From Takakia lepidozioides (lineage: Eukaryota; Plantae; Bryophyta): DNA of 25,000 nucleotides. Every line of letters begins with the position of its first letter. Within the stretch, counting starts at the first letter, position 1. Shown here piece by piece: positions 1 to 9,740 of this stretch. The stretch spans positions 1 to 25,000 of the forward strand of contig JAKLZA010000063.1 of NCBI GenBank assembly GCA_030704615.1. The letters run 5' to 3'. The translations under genes and the position numbers were made by a program. The notes under the pieces are model-generated. The model saw only the letters and a program-made list of their open reading frames with translations, had not been told where the DNA came from and did not search any database.

Positions 1-2355
1 AGGATGGGAAAGATGCTTCACCCACTTCAAGACAAGCCCGCATTATTGAGTTGGAGAGCATGCTGACTGCATCTTCTAGTGCTCTGGTGGCTATGGCTTC
101 GCAGCTATCGGAAGCTGAGGAACGTCAGAGGGTATGCAGTGGGCGCGCTCGCTGGAAGCACTTACATTCAACTGGGGATTTCAAGAGCATGCTTGATCAT
201 ATCTTCAGGGTGGCTGCTTCTTCAAGGTATCCCAGAATTTTGTTCTCTGTTTTCCTCCCTATGATTCCACCTATTTCTAGGAGTACCGAGACTTTGAATA
301 TACGCCTCTCCAATCCTTGTGAGTTCGTGTTGAAAGATAATTGGTGAAAGATAAGTGGTGTAGACTTGATATCTTCTTCTATTATTCTGATACATTTCTT
401 AGTCCAATGGTGTTGGGGCTATTGACTTTACAGTTGTCAAGTGCGAGATAAAGAAGAAGAGGCCAAAGAGCTGAAGGAAAAGTTAGCAGAAGTGGAAGAT
501 CTCTTGAGACAGAGTGAAGCACATCGGAAGGACCTAGAGCACCAGCAGCGAGTGAAGGAGCAAGCTGTTGCTGTTGCCCTTGCCACTACCACGAAGGTAT
601 GGTTTAGAACCTTGTTTGGTTGCAGCATTGATTATCCAAAGATTCGTTGGTAACAGTTTTCATTTGTATTCTGAACAACCCACTATACCAGCTCATGTAC
701 ACTTCAAAATCCCAGTAAGTAATATTGAGATGTAATCACAGATTCCTATCCGACAGAAAAAATGCAATGGTCAAATTGCCCATAAGCAATCTGCCGTAAG
801 TTATCGAGGAGCCAACCAGAAGCTGATTGAACATGGATCTGAAACTGGAACTGAGTTGGAATCGGACATGGAGATTTCTGAGGGCGACACTTCGGATGAA
901 GATTGGCAAGCAGAATGGGAAAGGCGTGCAGCCCGAAGAAATCGAGTGGGCTGGTATGGTGGACGAGTTGCCCGAAGGCAACCTTTACCAAGTAGTGGAG
1001 TGGCCAACCGGAAACCATCTCTGGAGCAGACTAGGCAGGTGTCTTTTGAGTTGGGGGAATCGGAAACCTCCTGTGAGACACATGAGTCTAGGGCGACTGA
1101 AGAAACGCTTCAACCAAGCACTACCACACTAAGTGTTCAGTCTCTCAATGGGCACTGCTGCTCTTGTAGTCAAAGTTCCGGTTGTAAGACAAAGAAGTGT
1201 GAGTGCAGGGCTGCCAATGGTCTCTGTGGTCCACAATGTGGTTGCAAGGCCGGCCGATGTGCCAACCGTGACGATGCCGTGGCACTGGATGCAACACTCT
1301 CATCATCTCTGGCTAGTCTTCTTCAGGATGAAATGTTAAGGACAACAGCACCTCTCCAAGCTTGTTCGTCAGGCAATAATGAGCAAACTGCCTTAGACGG
1401 CAACTGTCAAGAAAGAGGAATAGCGGGGATGAAAATTCTTAGTGAGGTAGAGCAAGGTGCACGGCGGGCAGAAAGGGCCATGGCCACTCAAGCAGCTTCA
1501 TTGCTTGACAATGCATGGAAAGAGGAACAAAGTGGGGATGGGCAGGACAGTACTGCGGATGAGGACGAGAAGAAAAGGGCTCCACGTCGACCACTTGCTG
1601 ACGTTGGAAACAAGGTTGGTTTCATGTGCTCTATTTTGCCTAGCCATGCGTGAGCCAACAACAGCAAAAGCTGTGCAGTGATCTTATGCATATTGGTCTT
1701 CTGACTTTGTGATATTGTTCAGTATTTTTGACCAGTTGCATGGCGAACTTTCCCAACCTTTTTAGTGCTTGTACCCAAGGTAAGTTTAATGCCCAAGGTT
1801 ATCGCTCAGATCTCGCCTAAATGATGTGCGCAGGTCCTGCGGAAACATAGGGTGAAGTTGAAGCGAAAAGTACAACGCGCCCTGGTGCAACTTGTCCCTG
1901 TTTCAGGGGATCCCAACCTTCTTTCCACATCAGGGATTACTAGTACAACCTGTGGTCTGGCTACTGTTGGTGGTGTTACGACAAACTCCTTGGCTACAGC
2001 CAGTTCTCCTACAGGTGTCGCAGCAGAAGCTCCTTTGGTCGTGCCTCACGAGGAAGGTTCAGGGTCCAACCCCCTACGAATGCAGTCTGGCCACCAAAGG
2101 AGAACCATTAGTCCTCAGTTGAGCCCCTTGAGATCACGGCACAACACCCTGGTAGGAGATTCATTGAGGTCACGCAATAACACACTGACAGGGGGAGATT
2201 CGCTGCGCCATGGTAGTGGGTTGTCAACTGCGAGTTCAAGTCACTCTGCAGGTATTCGGAAGAATTTGAGTGCTCCAGGAAGCCCAGGAGGAAGTGTACA
2301 GGCAAAACATGAAAAAGAGAACATACGCTCAACACTTAAGGACTCTCTGCGCTGA
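1..2355 (+). CDS. KIN4C: Kinesin-4 family (chromokinesin, KIN4C/type II-like), 3' part, 5'-truncated by the window
   Basis: Exons <1-226, 434-596, 742-1614, 1834-2355 with GT-AG introns and consistent phases. Contains the plant kinesin-4 motif LVAMASQLSEAEER, a Cys-rich CXC domain (CCSCSQSSGCKTKKCECRAANGLCGPQCGCKAGRCANR), RRPLADVGN and a near-terminal EKEN. Confidence 0.9.
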
Positions 2356-2619
2356 AAGGTGAAAGGTTGCAGCATATCACCTGCAGACACTGGTTGAAGA
2401 CATGAAATGAAATGGTGCTTTATAACGTCCGCGAAAAGCTCATAGAGCTTATGGGACAAAATGGAAAGACATGGAACTTATGGGACATGGAAAGGATGGG
2501 TCTATGTATTTCACAAGATGTGTCTATACAAGTCTCAGCTCTTTTGTATGGACAGGTACCTGTGCTGGTGTATCTGTGAATCTTGATCACAGGTTTAGAG
2601 ATGAGATGAGGTGAGGCAG

Positions 2620-2634
2620 CACACACACACACAC
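2620..2634. repeat. (AC)n microsatellite, about 7 units
   Basis: acacacacacacac downstream of the kinesin stop codon. Confidence 0.8.
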
Positions 2635-3525
2635 TCTCGATTTAGGACATTCTATCACAGTCTTTGTGATCCGTTTTGTTCATTTGCCATCCATTCTTTG
2701 TATTGTACAGTGTCTCACAGAGGGAGATTTCAATACAAGGATCAGAGATGGCAGGCGCATATCTGCATGATGGCCCTGCACCTCAGGGAATTTCTGGAAG
2801 TCAACTGTAGTTCTCTCCCATTTTCCTGGTTGTATCCTGTTCTCTTTTGTCCTGTAAGCCTCTTGAGGTCTTCATGAACGTTATAAAGTTCGGTCCTTTC
2901 CTTCCCTTTCCATCACCCATCTTGCAGTTTCGATTTCTATCATGTGAGCTGTTTTCTTTCACTGCTGGATGCATTGTATCAACGTCCTTATGTCGTTGAG
3001 TCCCTTACTGCTGGGTTGGCATCTATTCTGCTTTTCCTGATCAACTAGCGCCCAGCAGGCTAGTTTGTGGGAACTTAGTGAATGTTGACAATTTCGATGA
3101 GCTTCTATCAATTTCGTCACGAGCCTTATGCTTTGAGGGAGATATTACAAAGATGACTACGGTAGTGCTTCTGTCTCCAACAGTCATGTGGTAGAATGTC
3201 ACAGACATGGTTGCAGCAAATCTGGAATTCTATGGAAGGTTGTTGGTATTGCGCAACACAGCATTCAACTACATTCAACACAGCATACCAAGCAACCACA
3301 CTCACAGATACAGAGGCTTACAGCTTGTACTCCGCTTGAGTTAGTCATCAACACTAAGAGCACTCAGAGCCTGATCGCTGGTCGACCTTTATTCTCTGAT
3401 CCTTAAAGAGCAATGTACATATCCTGCAAGCAAACTCCAGCGCCAGGCATCACGAGCAGCAGACCGCAATTTGCGCCCCTCAGAATGAAGGCGGTGCTGG
3501 TGGAAAGCCCCATGAAGCCCCTGGA

Positions 3526-4508
3526 ATGCCTCGAAAGGATCTGAAGAACTATGAATGTGGCCTGCTGAAGAGCTGTTTATTTACCCTGGTCATTCCGGTT
3601 GAAGAGAACTGTGGAGATCAGTTGGGCAGCAGTGGATCTGAAAGAAAGTTGTGTTCAATGGAACTGACCTTGTTTAAAGATTTTATCTGTCGATTAGGAG
3701 TATGTTCATTATCAAGACTAGTTGTGACCCAGATTGAAGGTGGAATTCTTCCTGTATGTTGTTGGAGAGATCAATCGATATAAGTTCAAAATGAGATGGG
3801 GATGAGCCCTGCGAACTTGTTGATAGAGAGATCAAGGAATACTAAAGGCTGTTAGAGAAAATTTGGCACAAGAAATGTACTCACATTCCAAGTGAGACGT
3901 CGCACCTGCCACTAGGGATGGTTTAATGCTTGAGGACCTTCTTGGTGCAGTTAATGGTTCATCTAAGGAGACAACATTGGATGTTGGAAATGGAGATATT
4001 ATTGAATCCTTGAAGCTGATAGCAGGGCGTTGTGATGATTCAATGCTTGTAACATCGAATCCTATCGTTTCGAGCAGCTCATCGAGGAATGACGATGAGC
4101 AGGGACTGCGTAAAATTCTACACGAAACACAAAACTTATAAGTGGAACAATCGTCGCCACCCCACGAAATGCTAAGCTTTGTGTGTGGCAATCGGGAAGG
4201 TTATGGCGAAAATTGGAAAGATTATGCCTTTCATCGCAAATTCACTGGACGTTACAGAAACTTTATCTTATCTTTATCGTGCATGTACACTTACAGACAG
4301 TGGTTCCAAAGATTCGACCGTTCGGCAGATTATCGTCGAGAAGATAAAGAGTGCCAAACCTTCTCTTGTGCGCTTTCTTTTCCAACTCCAAGGTCACCGT
4401 GGCAGGACTCCATTGCATGTTTCCGTCCACAACGATCCACTACCGAGTTCACTTCTCAGCTTTAGAATCAACTCCTCCAAAGTTGTTCCAATTCCTCCAT
4501 GCTGCAGG
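3526..4508 (+). pseudogene. Decayed coding-like region with one ankyrin-like motif
   Basis: Successive + strand ORFs (3526-3783, 3926-4141, 4179-4523) broken by stops and frame changes. The last contains GRTPLHVSV (ankyrin consensus GxTPLHxA) and ends near a CAG|GTACGT donor at about 4507. Confidence 0.3.
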
Positions 4509-4909
4509 TACGTGAGCCCATGAAGAGATCAAAGCAACATCTTTTATCGTGTTCCGACTCATTTGAAGATTGCTATTCAAAACTGAAAAGTACCTAGAAC
4601 TCTAGTTACGTTTACTATTTTTAGTTTGTACTTTTAGAGGAAAAATATATATTTTTAGGCAAAAAGGTGGCAGGTATCCAGATGTTATGGACACGTGGCG
4701 CTCGAGTGTTCTCTGCCATTGCCCGTGATCGCTCTTCCCTCTCTTCTCATCATCTTTGCCCCTCTGCGCTGCGCTTCGCTTCTTCTTTGTTCTCGAGCAC
4801 GTATTCTTGCTGTCTCTTATCCACTTTGTCGAGCATGTTGCCCTTACCACGTTTCTCTCTTGCCAGCTCTTGTTAGGTCTAGTCTTGCCTACGAGCAAAA
4901 TTGCTCGTG

Positions 4910-5488
4910 ATGGTGAAGCGGGACTACATGGCGATTTCCGCCAAGGTGACTACAAGTGGGAGACTCCATGTCAAAATCTTCAAGCGTGCAAAATCTTCAA
5001 GCGCGGAGGAGGTGGCGGCGGATAATTTCTCTAATAAGAAGTGGAAGCCTAATGAGCAGGAGCCATTAAAGGGGCAGGCGGAGGAGGTTATGGGGTTGAA
5101 GGAGAACTTGGGGAATCTTAAGGAGGGTGTGAAGCCCGAGCCTCAAGCCCACCCAAAGATGAAGTGCTTCAGAAAGGTGGAATCTGCAGGCAGATGGGAA
5201 GCACATGAATCGAGCTTGAGGCAGGTGGAGGAGGTGATGGGGTTCAAGGAGACAGGGAAGCCTGAGGCGGGAATGATATCGATTCAGGAGAAAATGAGGG
5301 CAAGCGCTTTGAAGCTACGGAGAGGGTACCAGCACCATCTCGACCTCAAGCATGCTAGTAAACTTATGGATCTGGAGGAAGTTAAGAAGCAAAGTTGTTG
5401 CCGTGATGGCAAGAGATCAGTATACAACAGGCCATTCAACGGGTCGAGAAGGCTTTATCGTACATCTACAGCACATACGCAGTACTGA
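4910..5488 (+). CDS. Hypothetical Lys/Glu-rich orphan protein, 192 aa from the ATG at 4910
   Basis: Open frame with an internal repeat QAEEVMGLKE...KPE / QVEEVMGFKETGKPE. Preceded by an AT run at about 4645, ACACGTGGC at 4691-4699 and a CT-rich leader. No family recognised. Confidence 0.35.
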   Translation: MVKRDYMAISAKVTTSGRLHVKIFKRAKSSSAEEVAADNFSNKKWKPNEQEPLKGQAEEVMGLKENLGNLKEGVKPEPQAHPKMKCFRKVESAGRWEAHESSLRQVEEVMGFKETGKPEAGMISIQEKMRASALKLRRGYQHHLDLKHASKLMDLEEVKKQSCCRDGKRSVYNRPFNGSRRLYRTSTAHTQY

Positions 5489-6288
5489 TCTGGTTCAGAT
5501 ACACTCTATGACCTTGGAATAGATCTACCCTATGGTCTTTGACTTTTTCTTGCGAACATGGCTCTATAATATTAGTGAGGTTGCTTAGGGGTGGTAGTCT
5601 AGATTTTCCAGTGGCCTCCCTAGTTCGTTTCTCCAGAACAATGTGTCGCTGCTGGTAGGCAAGGATATTCCCATTGAAGTCCATAGAGTTTCTTGCTTCG
5701 GAGGTTAAACTCCAGATGATCTACTTCTAGTGTTCTAGTGGAACTTAGCTCCTATCAGCTTCCCTTCGTTGGACAAAATTGCAGGAACTGTCTCAGACAT
5801 GATGCCTCTACAACTTGGCACCGATCAGACCTGTTGAAAAAGATCGCAGTCAATCGAGGCCAATTTTAGGACAAATTTCAAGACTCTTCCAAGAGGTCCT
5901 CATCTGTCTCATTAGTGAATGTTTAAAACTAGCTCTAAGTCCCTTATCAAACATCCGCTTGCAAGAGACATGTATGCAGGGGGTGCATATTAGGGTGTAT
6001 AATATATTCCTGCCCTCGATATTTCTCCAAAAAATTGTAGCTGTGTCGAGGCATTTCCTCAAAAACTGGGGTTCTGACGTGAACAATGGATTCCGTGGGA
6101 GCCCGAACATCAGAGATCAGATTGTCTGATGTGAATAAAATCGTTTTGGGTTTGTATTATGTGCAATGGATTCGGAGGGTTTGTCTCTGTAATTTGTTTG
6201 TATAATGTGTTTCTTCGTCATTTCGAGGGTAATATGCCATGAATTTGCGGGAGGGTTTCGCTCTGTAACATTTATCCGGAGCGCAGTA

Positions 6289-7369
6289 CAGTCTGTCCTG
6301 GATAAATGTTACCTCTATAAACGTTAAACTACCATAAATGTTAAGGAAAGTTTACTCCCCTACTTGTGCACACTAGCAAATGTTAAGTGTTATTTGTTAA
6401 CAATTGTCAAGAACGGTAATATGATAAAACTGCCTGAATTTGGTAATTTTGTTGGTTTACAAAAAAAAAAAAAAAAAACCTGGGAGCTGTGATGCATGAT
6501 TCCGGTGCCAGGGGATTATTCCCCTTCCTCTCCCGGTTTAGCATTGTCAAGGGGAATGTAGTCGGCAGAGGAGCCTGGCTGAGAAGACAGAATCTCAGGA
6601 GGAGGACACAACTGAATCACACATCCTCTTTGTTAATTTGCCCTCCATAAATGTGAAGTATACCATAAAGGCTTCACCTAAGAGGAGAAAGTAGTATAAG
6701 TTCCAACTAGATTATGATAAGATTCCATCTTAAAACATAACCAATCAGAAGACGAGAAAGTAAGTGGGAGGTAATACTAAAGTGAATAGATGAAGCAAGT
6801 GTATATACAACATTTGGAGACTTGATATGGAGGTTATTTCTGAGATAAAACGAATGTATGTTCAGCATTTTGAGACTTGACAGGCAGGATGTTCTCGAGA
6901 GAGACGAGATCACATAAGATATGTGGTAGTTGTACCTGCGGTAGCCATTTTGCAAGTAGATGATATCGATTGGTCTCTTAGTGAGTGTAGTTAAAATATT
7001 CTTGAAATACCTATGCAGTTTTCTTTTTGGTTGTTCATGGGTAGGCCCACCCACATATGGTTAGATAGATGTGTTGTACTAATAAGTTAAGATAAAGGTG
7101 ATTAATAAAGATGAAAGACAACTCACAAACAAAGAGAGAATAGAATATATATATATATATATATTTGTTTATTTTTTTCCCCTGAACAGGGGTCTGGCCC
7201 TGGAAGTGTTACTTTCATAAGTGTTACTTTCATAATTTTTATATTTGTTAAATGTTACATTCTGTAAATGTTAATGTGCTACACTAACCCTTCATAAACT
7301 GTTAATGTGTTAACCTTGTCTAAATGTTATTTTTTTTCCCCACTGTTAACATTTATCCAGGGCAGACTG
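6289..7369. mobile_element. Non-autonomous TIR element (Tc1/mariner-type, MITE-like) with nested insert
   Basis: TA at 6287-6288 and 7370-7371. Left TIR CAGTCTGTCCTGGATAAATGTTA (6289-6311) versus reverse complement of the right end CAGTCTGCCCTGGATAAATGTTA (7347-7369), 22/23 identical. Multiple subterminal AAATGTTA-like motifs near both ends. No transposase seen. Confidence 0.85.
7145..7164. repeat. (AT)10 microsatellite
   Basis: Direct read, inside the TIR element. Confidence 0.85.
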
Positions 7370-9312
7370 TATAAGAGGGAGGTGTTGTGGTCTCATACAC
7401 AATGAAAAATTAGGTATTTCATGGATAGAATAAGCGTGAATACATATAATACGCTTACATCTATGGATGGATAGAATCATCCTCATATGAATGGATGTAT
7501 AGAAATGAATTCTGAATTAACAAACAGATGACAGCATTTTAATGGAATGAATGAAAGGTGGATAGATGAATATGAATCTCTCTTTCAAAATGAATAGTAA
7601 ATGGATTCTTAAATTTCTTTTCTTTTTTTGTCTTTTTTGGGGGCTAAAAGGTGACGGTGCCCCTGTTAAATTATATTTGGGATTGCTTGATTCTTTCAAT
7701 GTGCAGGACGGGTGGATGAAAAATGCTTAAATGGATGGATAAAATCTGATAAAGGAAACCACTGGTGATAGAACTGAGCAAATAAAAATGATTGTGAAAT
7801 ATCAGTATTTTCCAAAGCTGAATTGGAGCGATCCAAAGAACACAGCTTGGATTAGCCCATCTGCGAGTCTAAAATGCTATAATGTTGGCGAGATATTTTG
7901 AAGGCATCTGATAAGTTGATCCATGACCTGTGCCATGCCTATGATAAGAGCACAGAGAAGCCCTCACAAGTGGTCTTAGCCCTTTGAAAATAGTATGATT
8001 TGAGGCCGAGATGGAGTTTCGGGAGACTCTTTCACTATGTAGTGGACCGTGTTGGGGTTCAAAACGTTGGTATGCAGCCCCACCAAAGAGCAGCTTTAGT
8101 GGTGCACACACATGTGGTTTGCCTCCAAGGGGTTGAGTGGCAGCACGAGGGTGAATTCCATTGCCCTCGTTGGCACGGGATGTGCATCCTTCAAGCGTCT
8201 TCTATATTGAAGGCAAAAAGCACTCGTGCAGCTGTTAGGGCAGATATTTCATAGCAATTGCTCAATAGTGGCACAATCCAAATGGATTCTTATTGGGAAG
8301 AAGATTTCCATGGCTACCCTTGTTCCCCTGAGGTTGAAACCTACTTAACATGCGCGATAATTTGAGGTGCAAAGGAGATGAGAGGACGTGGAACCCTTCC
8401 ATTCAAAAGTACAACTCCATCATGCTCAAAGGGGTGTTATACAAGGTGGGCAGTGATGTTGTCGTGAAACCAGACCGTGCAGGTGAAACCAGACCATTCA
8501 AGGGGAGGATCCATACGAAGCTTTTTTAGCCACGAGTTTAGGGGTGAGATCTCGTGAGTCGTTCGAAGAAGTCCTAAAGTTGATTCGGAAAGGGAAGGAG
8601 TATGGAGACTGTGCAAATGCACGTGACGGTGTAGGAAGAACACAATTGCATTAGTTGTTGCGGACGACTGCAAGGTTGATAGACTACATATCCTCCTTAG
8701 CGATACGAGAACAGATTCTCCTGCTCTGACACTCCTGACCCGGACCCGACTATATGGTTGACTGGATATTATGCATTCGTGGACTTGCACGCCAATCATT
8801 TCGGGACCATTCTTTTCCATCTTGAACTTATCAACTTCCAACGTTGCCCAACATCTATGGCGTCTAGATATTCTTACCAGTTGTCCATCTTAGAGCATTC
8901 TAGACTTTAGGGAGGTATTCCTTCGTCTCTAGGCCAACTGCAAGGCTTGGTATGTCGAATAATCGCCTTTCGGGAGAGTTCCTTCGAAGAAAGGATGAAG
9001 TTCACAAGGTTGGAATACAAATCACTGCGCAACAATAATCTGTCAAATGTGGCGAAGGAGGCTCTCTACTTTTCACCTACGTGTTGTCTTCTGGCATCAA
9101 AGATGGGAGCATTGAGAGGCTTGAATTTTCTGAGCCTCTCAAACAACTCCTTCGCCCAATCTATTGTTGACGGTCCATCTATGCTTGACCCTCCATCTCC
9201 GAGGATCGATATGCATATCACTATTTCCCACTGCAAACCCATGCAAGGGACGCCTCCAGCGGTGCAATTTTTGGACACTGTTTTTCTACCATCTTGTAGG
9301 CAGTTAAGGGTT

Positions 9313-9540
9313 TTTTTTTTTTTTTTAAGAAACCTGGGAGCGACTGCTCACAATTCAAGCCCTTGAGGAGGGGGAAAAATTAACCCCGTTTCAGAGAAGC
9401 CATTGGGCACACAGGAGGAAACGTCACCAACAGACCAACCGGTCACTAAACACATCATCATCCCCACAGGGCAGAGTAGCAGGATTTTAACCCTGAACCA
9501 ACAGGGTGAACCACAGTGTACTTATCCACCAGCCGCAAAT
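9313..9540 (-). mobile_element. tRNA-derived SINE, full-length copy with poly(A) tail and TSD
   Basis: T16 run at 9311-9326 (A-tail on minus). Identical 11-bp flanks AGTTAAGGGTT at 9302-9312 and 9541-9551. 9401-9537 aligns with 12878-13020. A box partly deleted and B box degenerate (GGTTAAAATCC) in this copy. Confidence 0.85.
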
Positions 9541-9630
9541 AGTTAAGGGTTAATATAAGTTAGGGCTCGGATTACCTTTTGAAAAAGAAGACGAAAAACT
9601 AAACTAGGTCATTTGATTAGGTTAGCTGTC

Positions 9631-9639
9631 AAACCCTAA
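9631..9639 (+). promoter_or_regulatory. Telo-box (AAACCCTAA)
   Basis: Exact motif about 100 bp upstream of the RPL12 ATG. Telo-boxes are established elements of plant ribosomal-protein promoters. Confidence 0.75.
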
Positions 9640-9740
9640 TTTCACATTCTCGAGTCTCTTGCGAGCGATTTGGAAGGTCCTTTGACGGCGCGCGGTCTCC
9701 ATCCTGAGTTGTTGCGCGAGAAGGTGTTGCAGAAGGAAAG

